Under the pieces are notes generated by a model, which was not told where the DNA came from, ran no database searches, and saw only the letters and a program-made list of their open reading frames with translations. Positions 39,601 through 58,200 of a stretch of 64,000 nucleotides of DNA are shown in pieces (the first letter of the stretch is position 1; the number at the start of each line of letters is the position of its first letter). Source of the DNA: the human T2T-CHM13v2.0 reference genome, Homo sapiens. Location: the NCBI RefSeq assembly GCF_009914755.1, contig NC_060928.1. One strand, written 5' to 3'. A program made the translations under genes and the position numbers.

Positions 39601-41553
39601 TTAATCTATCAGGGGAAATGGAGTTAGGAAAAGCTTTGCTGAACAGATGTTTAAGAATGGACAAGAGTCAAGCAAAAAAAAGAAACAAAAAGAAAAAACA
39701 ATGAGAGAAAGTCATTTCCTACAGCTTATCAAGTTTAAGATTTCATGATTTTAGCAAAATGCCTGTTGAACTTTTGGAAAAAGGCATAAAGGCATGGGAT
39801 TAGATGTTAATAATGTCATTAAACCATTAAAAGTAATATTCAGATGCTTTAAAAATATTGAAAGCTTTATAAATAAAAGTCCTCATCACAGAGATATTTT
39901 AAAATTTCATTTGGGATTTTTTGGACTTTTTTATACATTTCCAATTAGGAATGTCTCAGCCTGAAATGTAGACCTCCCTTTACCATAAAGTTGTCCAACT
40001 GCTGATAAACCATTTGGCTAATAAGTTTAGAATAATGACTTGATTTTATCATATATGTCCATAAGCTGTTAAGATATAAAAGTTTTGGATCAGTATGTGT
40101 AAGTTCACTTAAAATATATATATTTCTGTTTCTCTCACTATGCAGAATTTTATGAAATACAGAATATCTGCATTATTTATTTTTGACTGCAATGTTAGGG
40201 GATGGCTTATTCCCTCAATGATTGCTGCTATGGTTATTCGAGAAACTATAGAATTCATTAAAAAAAATAAATCTACCTTAACTATATCCCCAATGCCTAT
40301 GAAGTTATCAGCTAAGGCATTTGGATTGTACAAAGATTTCAACAAAAGATGACCCAACACTTTATCTTACCTTACATCCCTTGGGATGAGACCTTGTTTA
40401 GTGCTAAGACTATTCAATCAAATGGATTTTTTGCTGGCTGAACTCACAGGCACTTACACACATCAACAGAAGAATCTTTGCCTTATCCAGTGACTATATC
40501 AAATAGCTATTGTTAGGATGTAAAGGTCTCAGTCAATCAGGACTTGAGAATCTCAAAAAATTTGATTTCTCTTTAAGAGACCTTTAGAACAGACGAGAAC
40601 ACAGAGCCATCCTTGTTTAATAACAGATGAAGGGAGCTATGAGACTGATGGGACCTTTACTTCAATTAAATATGAGAGGAAGAATAGGGAAAGATCTCAG
40701 AATAATCGAATTTTATGTATGAAGGATACTTAGGTAATAGGTAAGTAAATTCCTCCCACCTATGAGGAAACTGAAATGCAGAAAGATGAAGGGACTTGCA
40801 AAGGCCATGCAGCCAGTTTTTCTATAAATGAGCCAGGAAGAGTAGGACTCAATTTCAGACTTTTGACATTAGTTCATATAAATTAGTTTATACAAATACA
40901 CACAGAACTACAGTGATAACATTGAAATCTATCCATCCCATAAATTTAAATATGCTGTAATTGCCATCATCTAGTTTCCTCCATAATTTAAATAGATACC
41001 CTCATTTTCCAATATCTACTCCTGCAAATTTCTAATTATACATTTTAATCATTATTTTGGTTACTATTCACTTGGGATTAAACCTAATAATGTTGTCTAA
41101 AGGGAGACAAGTTTTGGAGGAAGAATACACAGAAACAATAAGAGAAAACATAGTCATAAGTAAAGTGGAACCAAAACGTCTTTGCAGCTGTAGAAAAATC
41201 CAAGGTCAATCAATACTACAATAGAGTTGAAAGGAAAACAGGACAGGCACAGTGATACATAATTCACTAATATATGAGAGCTCTGAATGATCTTTCATGG
41301 GTATTTGCTTAGAGTGGCAAGGGTGGCTGTTTTCATGGATGCTCACCTGGTTTAAGATGGGGGTCAATTGGCCACTGGGGATATTAGATATGTGTTCCCC
41401 AAGGCCCCTCTGCTGTTACTGATGTGGATCCTGAAGAAGCAGTGGGAGTAGGAGGTTGGTAGTAGAAACAGCAATTCAAAACTCCCTTTCCTTATTCTGA
41501 ATAGAGAATATTTTTATTAGTTCTCGTAGCGTAATTGTAGGCCTCAGACATTC

Positions 41554-41855
41554 TTTTATTTTTGGTGGGCGAACAGAGTCTCACTCACTCTATTGCCCAG
41601 GCTGGAGTGCAGTGGCGTGATCTCGGCTCACTGCAACCTCCGCCTCCTGGGTTCAAGTGATTCTTCTGCCTCAGCCTCCTGAGTAGCTGGGATTACAGGC
41701 GAGTGCCAACATGCTTGACTAATTTTTCTATTTTTAGTGGAGATAGGGTTTCACCATGTTGGGCAGGCTTGTCTCGAACTCATGACCTGAAGTGGTCTGC
41801 CCGCCTCAGCCTCCCAAAGTGCTGGGATTACAGGCGTGAGCCACTGTGCCTTGCC
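41554..41855 (-). mobile_element. AluS SINE
   Basis: Antisense dimer. TSD tcagacattcttt at 41544-41556 and 41856-41868. Confidence 0.95.
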
Positions 41856-44535
41856 TCAGACATTCTTTACAGATCCCTGTGAAAACACTGTAATAGTGTT
41901 GGGTTTGTTTCTTAACCTAAGAGAAAGAAAATATGGTTAACAGTTACAATTTTGTGCCAAAAAACCCTTCAAAATCAAATTGATGATAAAATGATGAGTT
42001 TATTACTTAACCAAATCAATAGGACTATTAAATATGCTGCTTAATTATGAATCAGAAGAGATAGTTACTTTTGCTGCTGCTCACTCATAATGTAGGAAAT
42101 TTAGGTCATCTATTGAAAGGCTTATGGCTAACTATAGAAAAACTGAAATAGATCACCAATAGTTTTCCATGCTGCAACTTCTTTCTAAAGTATAGATGCC
42201 CATCTGTTAAAAATGATTTGGCTTTTAAGTATATACTGCCTCTTTTAACTTTTTTAAATCCTTTTTTTTTGGCTTTTTAAAATTATGTGAACGATATAAC
42301 CTCACTGTGTAGAATTTGAAAAATAAAAATAATATTTAAAATCACTAATTTTTTTATCACTCAGAAATTTTTATTACTATTAATATAATTCCCATGAATA
42401 TTTTGATGAATTTCCCTTTGTTATTTTTAATATGCGTATCTGTTTATAGATATAGTACATACACCAAAACCTTGGCATTATATTCTGCTTGCCTAACTTT
42501 AAATTGTATTCTTTTAGTTGGGCCTCTCCTGTGAAATTAAGCTTTCTTCAAAAGTGGAATTTTGATTTGGGTGATTTTTTCTTCCCTTTGGTTCCCTGAT
42601 TTTGAGGTATTAATTATTTTCATTATTATATTCTCATATAAATAAGAATAGCCAAGACTGATGGTCATAAGTACATATGGTACTGTAAAGATGAAATCAT
42701 AATTTTATTTCAGTTAGTATAATAGCTGACCTGACTAGTCCTACCTTACTTCATTCATATCCCAATTAATGGTGGTAAGAGTCTTGCTTCACATGTCCCT
42801 CAAAATATTCACCACTGCTATTCAACATAGTGTTGGAAGTTCTGGCCAGGGCAATCAGGCAAGGGAAAGAAATAAAGGGTATTCAAATAGGAAGAGAGGA
42901 AGTCAAATTATCTCCGTTTGCAGATGACATGATTGTATATTTAGAAAACCTCATCATCTCAGCCCAGAAACTCCTTAAGCTAATAAGCAACTTCAGCAAA
43001 GTCTCAGGATACAAAATCAATGTGTAAAAATCACAAGGATTCCTATACACCAATAATAGACAAGCAGAGAGCCACATCATGAGTGAACTCCCATTTACAA
43101 TTGCTGCAAAGAGAATAATATACTAAGGAATACAACTTACAAGGGACATGAAGGACCTCTTCAAGGAGAACTACAAACTACTGCTCAGGGAAATAAGAGA
43201 GGACACAAACAAATGGAAAAGCATTCCATGCTCATGGATAGGAAGAATTAATATCATGAAAATGGCCATACTGTCCAAAGTAATTTATAGATTCAATATT
43301 ATGCCCATCAAGCTACCATTGACTTTCTTCACAGAATTAGAAAAAGCTACTTTAAATTTCATATGGAACCAAAAAAGAGCCCATATAGCCAAGACAATAC
43401 TAAGCAAAATCAACAAAACTAGAGGCATCATGCTACCTGACTTCAAACTATACTACAAGGCTACAGTAACCAACACAGCATGGTCCTGGTACCAAAACAG
43501 ATATATAGACCAATGAAACGGAAAAGAGACCTCAAAAATAACACCACATATCTACAGCCATCTGATTTTTGACAAACCTGACAAAAACAAGCAATGGGAA
43601 AGGATTCCCTGTTTAATAAGTGGTGCTGGGAAAACTGGCTTAGCCATATGCAGAAAACTGAAACTGGATCCCTTCCTTACACCTTATACAAAAATTAAGT
43701 CAAGATGAATTAAAGACTTAACTGTAAAACCTAAAACCATGAAAAACCTAAAAGAAAACCTAGGCAATACCCCTCAGGACATAGGCAGGGGCAAAGACTT
43801 CATGAGTAAAACACCAAAAGCAATTGCGACAAAAGCCAAAATTGACAAATAGGATCCAATTAAACTAAAGAGCTTTTGCACAGCAAACAAAACTATCGCC
43901 AGAGTGAACAGGCAACCTACAGAATAGGAGAAAATTTTTACAATCTATCCATCTGACAAAGGTTTAATATCCAGAATCTATAAGGAACTTAAACAAATTT
44001 ACAAGAAAAAAGCAACCCCATCAAAAAGTGGGCAAAGGATATGAACAAGTGCTTCTCAAAAGAAAACATTTATGCAGCCAACAAACATATGAAAGAAAGC
44101 TCATCATCACTGGCCATTAGAGAAATGCAAATCAAAACCACAATGAGATACCATCTCACGCCAGTTAGAATGTCAGTCATTAAAAAGTCAGGAAACAACA
44201 GATGCTGGTGAGGATGTGGAGAAATAGGAACGCTTTTATGCTGTTGATGGGAGTGTAAATTAGTTCAACCATTGTGGAAGATGTGTGGCAATTCCTCAAG
44301 GATCTAGAACCAGAAATACCATTTGACCCAGCAATCTCATTGTTGGGTATATACCCAAGGGATTATAAATCATTCTACTGTAAAGACACATGCACACATA
44401 TGTTTACTGCAGCACTATTCACAATTGCAAAGACTTGGAACCAACTCAAATGCCCATCAATGATAGACTGGATAAAGAAAATGTGGCACATATATACCAT
44501 AGAATACTATGCAGCCATAAAAAAAGAATGAGTTC

Positions 44536-44845
<310 letters not shown>

Positions 44846-44903
44846 AAGAATGAGTTCATGTCCTTTGCAGGGACGTGGATGAAGCTGGAAGCCATCATTC
44901 TCA

Positions 44904-45265
<362 letters not shown>

Positions 45266-45520
45266 TCATAAGTGGGAGGTGAGCAATGAGAACACATGGA
45301 CACAGGGAGGGGAACATCACACACCAGGGCTTGTCAGAGGATGGTGGGCAAGGGGAGGGAGAGCATTAGAACAAATACCTAATGCATGCAGAGCTTAAAA
45401 CCTAGATGATGGGTTGACAGGTGCAGCAAACCACCATGGCACATGTACACCTATGTAACAAACCCGCATGTTCTACACGTGTATCCCAGAACTTAAAGTA
45501 AATATATATATATATTCTAT

Positions 45521-45657
45521 AAGCAAATGAATATATATGTATATATGTCTGTCTTATACTAAGCAAATGAACATATATATGTTCATTTAAGCAAATGAAC
45601 ATATATATGTTCATTTAAGCAAATGAACATATGTATGTATATATATATCATTTGCTT
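45521..45657. repeat. AT-rich palindromic minisatellite (28-bp unit)
   Basis: aagcaaatgaacatatatatgttcattt twice, plus degenerate flanking copies. Confidence 0.9.
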
Positions 45658-47453
45658 CTTGTTTAAAGAAACATCAGTATACTAAGTTAAATTTATAAAA
45701 CCAAATGAAGATGACTTTCATCATGAAAACACCCTTTCAGTTCACACAAAAAGGAACAATTATAATTTTCTATTAAACCAACTCTCCCCTCCCTCGGACA
45801 TGAAAATTATTGAAAGCTTTCAAAGTTTCAAGCAAATTTTAAAGAATATCCAATAAAGTGAGACTCATGTCTAACTACTTCTTCAAAATGCCACAAACCC
45901 TCTGTCTCCTCTTTTAAGGCACCTGTTTCCTCTCACTGTGGTTGAGCTTACTGATGTTTATATGTAAAATGTCTGATGTGTGTTCTTCATCAAAGACTTT
46001 TCTAGTGTGGTTGCGTCCTCTGCTGTGCTGTGGTTTGTGTGGCGGCCCTCCTCTCCTAATGCTCCCCTACTGGATTCTGGGGGGAAAACGGAAGGAACCA
46101 TATCCCCTTCTCCTTTGTTAGGATGGGACTATCCTGTCCCATCACATTGCAGTTATGTGTGGATTTCTATACTAGCAAGTAAGGGCCAATTCAGAAGAGA
46201 ATTACAGCAAATCTTTCATAGGCAGGAAACTCTACATTCCTTTCTGATAGTTCTTTCTTCTTTCAGGCATAGATAGTGTTAAAGGCTGTATGTAATTAGT
46301 GTGCCTCAGTAAGGTACTATAAGGCTATGTGTGGCTATACTCAGTTGAGAGTTTACACATAGTTAACACATTTTGCAAGAATAGACAAGACCTGTAATAT
46401 CTGGGAATTTCCAGGAGAAGCTCTTTTATCTAAAAATTACATAATTAGAAATTGGATGAAACTTGTCCTTTTGTATATTTAAGGATGTAGCACGGTGCCC
46501 CCAAAGACTCTTGATTTCTGCTAACAATCTTATAAAAAGGTGTTAGAGTATTTCCCACCTTCTTTAAAATAATTGTTCCATCCCGCCCACAGCAGATGAT
46601 CCCAGATGCGCCCCTAAGGCCAAGTGCACCGTGCCAACCAAGGGTTCCAGGATTTTATGAATATCAAGCAAATTCCACCTTTAGCAGAAGTTAACTTGTA
46701 GCCCAACACTGCTTAGCATCCCTTACATAGGGACTAAATGGGCATTTAGAAATTCAAGCAGGTCTCTGTCTCCTCCCTGTAATGTCTATTTCATTGTCAT
46801 TAAAAATTCTATGTAATTTATATTTTCCTTTAAATGCCCAAGGATAAAGCACCTAAAGACTACAATCTTCACAAGAAAATAGAGTGGATATCTTTTTTGG
46901 GAGGGAGAGGATTGGTTATTAATCCCTTCCCCCTTCTTCTGGTAGGAGCACCACGTACCCTCACTTGTGTTCTGGAATATATTCCTTAACCACCTTTTGT
47001 AGTTATTGTAGGAATGTCCATAGGGTATGCTGCCACCCAAACCCCTGTCCAGCCACCAGGGAGCTCATATGACCTAGTCTGACAAATCATAACACTCTAT
47101 CCATACAACTGGGGTTGTTTATCAAATGGTGTGTGACTTAAGCCAGGACAATTCGATTTCTTCCCTGGAATTTTATATGACCAAGTAAAAAGAGAAACTC
47201 TTTTTTTTTCCCTCTGGATCACTAAACTGGGACAATGTAAACCCAAAACAGATACTAGATCCATGATTGCCCTTCCCCATCCCAACTTACTGGTGGATAA
47301 AATTGTCCACAAGTTAAGGCAATAAACAACCCACAGAGAGGAGTAGGGACAAGAATGTTGTGTGATTTCCCTGTTATAGTTCCTTTAGATTTTCCTTTTT
47401 TTTTTTTTTAGTCTGTTAGCTACTCCGTAGCCTTGCAATCCTGCAATAAGTCT

Positions 47454-47454
<1 letters not shown>

Positions 47455-47500
<46 letters not shown>
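47455..47500. repeat. (TATC)n tetranucleotide STR, about 11 copies
   Basis: Perfect tatc run. Confidence 0.97.
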
Positions 47501-47501
<1 letters not shown>

Positions 47502-47576
47502 GTATTTATTTATCTATACTTAAGCTGGTTTAAGATTTGAGTGTTGAAGTTATCGGTAATAAGAAGGTCTAGGAGG

Positions 47577-47819
47577 CAGGGATCAACAAACCTTTAAGTA
47601 AAAGACCAGATAGTAACTATTTTCCACTTTGTAGGCAATAAATCTGTCTCGATTACTCGCTCTGCTGTTGGAACATGAAAGCAGTCATCGACAATATATA
47701 CACGAATGAACCTGGCTGTGTTCTGCTTAAAAATATAAACACCATCCTTCATTTTCAGGCTTTACAAAAACAGACAGTGGACTCAGTTTGGCTATGGGCC
47801 ATAGTTTGTCCACCCTCTG
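47577..47819 (+). mobile_element. MER58A (hAT-Charlie)
   Basis: cagggatcaacaaac..ccagatagtaa..gaaagcagtcat..tggctgtgttc..gggccatagtttgtccaccctctg. Confidence 0.85.
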
Positions 47820-48011
47820 GTCTAAGATATAACCATGAACATCAGTGTAAGACACTGGACGTGGAAAGAATTAAGGACCTGCAGAGTGAGAAGTTTCAGT
47901 GAATCATCTAGAGATATTAAAGTCACCATGAACAATAACAGAAATTCTGAGGGAATAAGGACTTGGAGACAAGTGCTAAAATCATCAATAAATATAGACA
48001 TTCCTGGGCGG

Positions 48012-48604
<593 letters not shown>

Positions 48605-50164
48605 CTAAGCAAGAAAGTTATAGGATCATTCAGATAACTTGAGGATACAGGCTTTTTTGCAGATGCCATACTGGAGGGCACAGTGGAAGCACAAAGACAT
48701 TCAGGATGGGAGGCTGAGTAAGCTTAGGGGGCTATACATACAGAGGTAGAGATAGGGGACTGGAAGACTAGGAGTTCTTGTGTCTATGGAAGAATGTTTT
48801 AAATATGATGCGATTCATCTGTATGATTTCTTACAGAAAGGTGAGTAATGGGTTTTAATTATAGTCCCCTTCTCAATGTTTATCTCTGACTGTTACAGGG
48901 GGTGAGACAGGCAATATTTTGAAAGAAGATAGGAAAGGAGAATGTTTCTGCTGGATTGTGAGGATCTCTGTGGCATCCTCTTTGTCCTGCTAAGGAACTG
49001 TATATCTCCTTTGTAATTGTATTCCCAAAGTCAAGCAAAATTACTGGCAATTCATCTTTGTGAAATAAAGACAAGTATACAAACAACAATATTAACAGGT
49101 AGAATAACAGAATGGTGGAATAAATACACTGACAAAGTAATTGGGGTTGGGGAAAGGCAAATAATTTATCAGATTAAGATCTCAGGGAAAGATTCAATAC
49201 GGTGATGCCTTTGCCAAGGGTCTTGACAGGTGAAATTGTGACAGGTCATTGATGGGCTCTGATGCTGCTCTCAGGACTACAAAGGTGTTTTTGTGCTTCC
49301 ACAGCCCTCTGACAAGGATAGGTCTGGGCATTCTGGTTACATCTATCTATGTTCCATGATATGAAATTAAAAGATCTCATCATTCCAAATTACATTTCCC
49401 AAGAGATAAGGAGCTAATTGCCAAACAAGCAACAATACATCGAAAAGCCCAAATCATCTCATCCATTGTCTGCCTTAAAGGGAAGCTGGAGCCCTTTTGG
49501 AAAGGTACCAAGGGTGGAGAAAAAAAAGTAACAGTTTGGAAGATTATTTCTATTATTTCTCCAAGGAAATCAGTGGCATTAAAAAAAAACTGGCTTCTAG
49601 ACTAGTTTCAGTATAATGTCAGTATCATATAAAATGTCATGTTCAGTTAGCCTTATCATATGTACAATTTAGTCAGTAGAAAGCCTGAGGGCCCTTCTAG
49701 ATATAGAATGATTTCTTTGTGCTGTCAGAGCAGGAAAGTAATAACTCAATGCTTTCAATTTTGGTTTGCTTCTTTGGTCTAGTTTTCAATAAAATTATAG
49801 ACACAGGCTATTTTTATAAAATTCCCAAGTTGGTACAACATTACTTTAACCTTAAGGGTTTTTTCCCACTCTTGGATTCACTTTACATCAGGCTTTTCTA
49901 TCAGTCCATATATAATCTGTGATGAAAAATATTCCTTCTTTACAGATATGAAAATAAATGAAAAAAGGGTCTGGAGTCATCATGTTGACCAGATTTTTCA
50001 CTTTGTGAGAATTGTTCCAAACCTGAAGTCTTTATAAATAAAGGTTAATAATGTTTAAAAACTCCCAGGGGAAAGTGTAGGAGCCATCTGAGAAAAACAA
50101 AAAGACTTTCTGTCTACCTGGTTATTTGTCTTTATCTTCAATGTTGTAGGGGGAAAACAGTTAA

Positions 50165-50505
50165 CTACTGCTGAGTAATAAATTACCACAAAACTTAGCA
50201 ACTTAAAATAACACTTATTCATTATAATCTGCAGTTTCTGAGGGCCAGGGATCCAAAAGGTCTTCCGGACTGGCTGGTTCAGATTCTCGTGAGGTTGCAG
50301 GAGAACTTCTAGCTTCACTGGCAGTCACCCTCAGACTCTGTTGCAATTGAAAGATCCACTTCCAGGCTCACTCCCATGATTGTTGGCAGGCATCAGTTCC
50401 TACTGGCTGTTAGATGGAGACCTTTATTCCTTGCCAAGTAAGTCTGTTCATAGGCTACCTGAGTCTTTAGGACATGTCAATGGCTTCCTTCAGAATGAGT
50501 GATGA
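50165..50505 (-). mobile_element. MLT1F/G-type LTR
   Basis: taataaattaccacaaaacttagcaacttaaaataaca..cagtttctgaggg..gatccacttccaggctcactc. Confidence 0.7.
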
Positions 50506-50764
50506 GACACACATACACAAAGAGAGAAAGAAAGGGAAAGGGAGAGAGAGATGAGGAAAGTGTGGTAGAGGATGTTGCAGACCTTGTCCAGAGTCACTAA
50601 GTTAGTGAGTGTCAGAGTCTGCCTCCCAAAGGAGATCTCTTAGCCTCTTTGTGCTAATATTACATCCCAAGGTGTCCCAGGTGCTGTGCTAAGCAATATA
50701 TATGCATATATATGTATATATATTCTGATGTTTAATCATTCTGTGACACTAAAAGGTAGATATT

Positions 50765-53775
<3,011 letters not shown>

Positions 53776-53779
53776 TTTC

Positions 53780-53900
53780 CTTCATGCCATAAATGGGGAA
53801 ATTGAGGTACAAAGAAGTTAGTTATTTTGGCCAAGCTTTTATGGCTAGTATAATCAGAGCTTGCATTAAAACCAAGGTTTGTCTGACTCTAAATTCTATT
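53780..53900 (-). mobile_element. MIR
   Basis: ataaatggggaaattgaggtacaaagaagttagtta..gtctgactctaaa. Confidence 0.7.
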
Positions 53901-53984
53901 CTGGGAAGCATTAGGTAAAACATTACAGGAAAAACTTTTCTCTTTGAACCCTCAGGAAAACACAAAGATATGTGTGTGCACACA

Positions 53985-54172
53985 GGAAAGACTATATGAG
54001 GACACAGAGAGAAGGTGCCCATCTGCAAGCCAAGGAGAGAGGCCCCAGAGGAAACCAAGCCTGTTAATACCTTGATCCTTGCCTTCTAGCCTCCAGTACT
54101 AAGAAAAAATAAGTGTCTATGTACTTAAGTCTGTGGTATTTTGCTATGACAGACCTAAGAGAAGAAAATACT
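53985..54172 (+). mobile_element. MLT1A/B LTR 3' half
   Basis: gaggacacagagagaagg..catctgcaagccaaggagagaggcc..ccttgatc..ttctagcctccag..tctgtggtattttg. Confidence 0.85.
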
Positions 54173-54879
54173 CATAAAGTGACTTTTTGTGTCCTCCTAA
54201 TATCACTGTGATATCAGACACTTACACAATTCTATCCTCTGTCCTGGAAAAGGGAAATCATCATCTCCCTCGTATTGACATATATTCATGTAAAAGACTA
54301 TGAGTTATTTTGAAATAAGATTAGATACCAGTTGGCAATTAAGCTAGATTTTTTTTGTGTGCTTGTGTGTGTATGTAAAGAAAAAGCCAGTATTGAGCCA
54401 AAGGACTTTCTTCAGGTATGGTATGTTCCTGAATAAATAGGCAAATAATTTGCAATTCACAGGAGAAGAAATGAGTCTAGGAAGACTAATGAACCTAGAG
54501 TTGGATGAAAAAGCTTCAAGTTCTTTAAACTGAAATTGCTTTTAGGGAGGTGAGATTCTCTTATAGCATTAATATAAACCACTTCAGGACTAAGAAATAG
54601 GCAAATTATTGTTTGTTTGCTTATGAGCCATAAAAATAAGAGTAAAGCCAACATGTAATTTTTCTTTACATTGTTAAGAGTGCAGTTTTTCTCTCTATTC
54701 ATTATACTTTTGGCAAACATTGCTGTTTGCCTTCCCAACTCCATAAATCATTTTTTCCGTAACAATAACAAAATTTATCTACCCAACTCCATAAACTACT
54801 TTTTCTCCACTAACAGCAAGAAAATTGGGATACTTTTGTTCCCAGTTAAAAATACTCAACCTTTTATACTCCATTGGTG

Positions 54880-55240
54880 CTAAAGTTGGCTCTATTATCC
54901 TGTTCTGGTAAATGTCACATAACTAGAAATATACTAGCTAGGATTTCGAAGAAATCCATTGTTTCCCTGACTATTTTAAAGTGAAAAACTCAAATAGAAT
55001 GTATCTTTTGCTTTTCTAACTTCCACCTTTTTCTGCCTGGAACAATGATGATATACCTGAAGATACAGCTGCCATCTTGCAATCATGAGGAGAAATTTGC
55101 ATATAAAGAAGTCTAAAGCAGAAAGTTAGAAGGAGCTTCAGTTTTTGTTTCTTTTAACACCTGCACCAACTCTTGGCTTACCTCTAGCTGTCTTGTTATG
55201 TATAAAATTAATTCCCTGATTAATTCACTGTAATAGATTA
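54880..55240 (+). mobile_element. Old MLT1 LTR remnant
   Basis: tctgcctggaac..acagctgccatcttgcaatcatgagg..cttacctctag. Confidence 0.5.
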
Positions 55241-58200
55241 TTCTCCCACATTTGCCAAACATATTTCTAGTCAATATGTGGACTATTTCCCCCTTTGTTT
55301 TTGAAAGAACATCCTGTTGAAACACTTCCATATTAGAGTGCTGGAGCGACATGGAGATACACTGTTTTGGATTCTCAGATGTACTGTTGTTTCAAATAAA
55401 AGTCAATTTTTTTTTTTTGTAGATTTCTTACTGGAGGACAAATAATGGTCTAAAAGATATGAATACTTTAGCACACTTTATTGTGAAAATTCATGTATAT
55501 TCCAATGATTGAAAACATTAAAAAATAACCACTGGTTTTATTATATTGGTTTGACTTGCAAATACACATTGCTTCTTTTTAAATTTCAACATGCCACACC
55601 CTCTTCCTCCAGGTTTCCTCTATTGCTCATGTCCTCATGTTCCTAGATTAAGAGAACAAATTGTTTTATTGTGATGGGCAGACACAAAGGGAGTACTTAG
55701 CATTTTAGAAAAATTCCATGTAAATTAAACAGGGAAGTATAGTTTGAACAGAACATACAGGCTATATTTTAGACACCTGGTTTAATTATGACAATTTTTT
55801 TTATTTTCTTAAGGTTCACCTTGAATCACTTTGGGCCTTACCTTTAGAAGTGGTGTTTATTTTCATGGTCAGATTATAGAAAATATCTGAAGGTGATTGT
55901 GCATTAATGGAAGTTCCTTCTGGTATGGCATCTAGGTTTTATCAGTGTAACTCAGTAAATACTAAAGCAGAGATATATTCAGCTCTTGAGTCACTTGATT
56001 TAGAATCTTCCATTCATGCACATGTAAATATATGAACATGTGTGCACGTATGCATACACACTGAGGACATACAATCTATCAGTTCTGTGTTTGCATGCAG
56101 ACATTTGGAAGAGGTTAGGCACTGGAGAAAGAATAATGGTATTCCAATATATTTTATATTGTATTCATATAAAAGAACTTAAAGGGCTTCATAAGTCTGC
56201 ATTAGTGAAAGATAGTGGAGGTTAAGTTTCTTCACAATTGTGTATAATTTTATGTTATCTCTGCTGAGTAATGTATTTATGTGAGCATACTTGAATATTG
56301 TTATGTCTGATGTTTTCCAGTGAAAGGAAATCCTTGCAATAAACCCGAGTCACAGGAAGAACTAGGGCTACATTCCATTTTCCATTCTGGTTTTTTGGCT
56401 TGGGTCTTCCCAAACATGGAAATAAACAGCTTATCTGAACTAAAACACTGACCTTTCTTGGAGCAAGTTTTGTGATTAAATATTAGTTTTATACAAGTTC
56501 CTTTCTGAAAAACATAGACATTTATATAGAACCAAGAGTAGATTGATAATGGTAAGGCACAAAAATGTTATGTGTTTTAAAGTTAGTACTTTGATTTTCC
56601 ATGGATAAACCTTTATGAAGTTAAATATTTCAGGTCATCCTTAGCCGTAAGTGTAAAGTTGTAAAATGTTATTTCTAGCATCTTCCTACTTATCCTGTTT
56701 ATTTTCTTTTTCTCTTCTGGGTTTTCACCTCCTCTTCTCTTTCTCCCCACTATCACCACCAAAATACCCTTGCCCTCCTCCCCTCTGGAGGCCACATGAT
56801 ATGTGTAATGACTGCAGAATGGCCTTGTAATTATGCCCTCTATCTGAGGTCCTTATCTTAGACTGATTTATTTAGATGAGTCACACGATTTCACTGATGC
56901 GCTTTCCTAACATGCAAGCTGGGGTAAATAACAGTGACTTTGCAAAGTTGTGAGTTTTCCCAAAGATTCTCATAAAATGCCTGCCACATGGTAACTCTGA
57001 CTCAAGATTATTATTATCCAGGCAGTCTCACCCAAACTACATTCATACCTCAAAATTATTCTGTGCCTTCCCTAATCAGCAGTTCCATTTCCACTGTGAC
57101 TTCACATCAGAAAACTAAGTGAGGAAAGGATTAGACGAACTAATTTAAATATGAATTACTTACAACAATGTGTAGCCAGATTAATGAATGATGTGAATTT
57201 GATGAGACACAGATATGAAGTTGTTTCTCTTTTTCTTTTAAAAGTCATTTCCTTCAACTGTTCTGTAGAATTTTCATTTCTATCCCTTAGTGACATTCTA
57301 AAGGAAATCCCATTCTTTCTCATCACTCTCAGCTATTTGACATCAACCTAGCTAGCTTATATCCAATTTAAATCTTTCTCTTCCTTCCATCAGCAACAAG
57401 ATTTTGGCTCATAAGACCTGGAATTGAAAAGTATCAAGATCTGTTGCAGAAACTCTTCCCCATCCTCCCTTTCCTGAAGCTCTTTTTCTCCTGGTGGGTT
57501 AAGAACAGAGAAGTGAGAAGCAAAGAAAAGTTCAGTCAAATGACTCATTTAATTGGGGTTGTTCTTTTCCTGTCTTGACTTTGACAGTTTCCCTGGTGAT
57601 GACCTCTGAGTGAAAACCAAATGCTGATTCTCTTGTGGGGTGCATGTGTGAATTCTTTAGGAGACCCTGCAGAGGCCTCCCAACTATACAGTTCTGTGCC
57701 ACAGAAGATCTGCTCTGCCTTGAACTCTTCTGCCCAATGAATCCCTAGGGATAGAATTTCAGATGGTAAGGCAGCTGTCCAAGGTGATTTAGGGTGGGGG
57801 CTTGGACAACTTTTGCTATCGTATCCCAAATTATAGCACTTGGGTAGGCAGTGTCTAATGTATGTATCCATTTCTGAATCCATTGTTGCCTCAGAGGATT
57901 GTGTTTGCACTGTCTTTATTTGTCTTTACTTACTTCAAAGAGTGTTGTGGCAGAGGCAGGCACAGCATTTGAAAAGTGAAGGAATTAAAATGACTCTAAC
58001 AATGATGAGGGAAACTGGCAGAGTTTGGAACCAACAAAAGCTAAATCTCAGGGACTAAGTACTCTTAGAATTTCTAATTGCATCTGCTCTGAAAATGTGA
58101 AATCCCCTATGAAGAAGGAGAGTTTACCTCTTGGAGACTTAAAGATGTAGTCAGATTTGTGCTACTGAGAAGGTAGTGTTCACGTTTAACATCTGTGCTG

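Noticed and set aside
40109-40360. Overlapping antiparallel ORFs (83 and 70 aa) in unique DNA
   Set aside because: Short, no recognisable domain and no convincing splice context; consistent with chance.
38630-40746. Isolated strong donors (AAG|GTAAGT at about 38636; TAG|GTAAGT at about 40741)
   Set aside because: No matching acceptor or pyrimidine tract nearby; such motifs are expected by chance in 64 kb.
42830-44531. Reverse transcriptase-like ORFs as an active or novel RT system
   Set aside because: Ordinary L1 ORF2 fragments broken by stops and frameshifts in a 5'-truncated copy.
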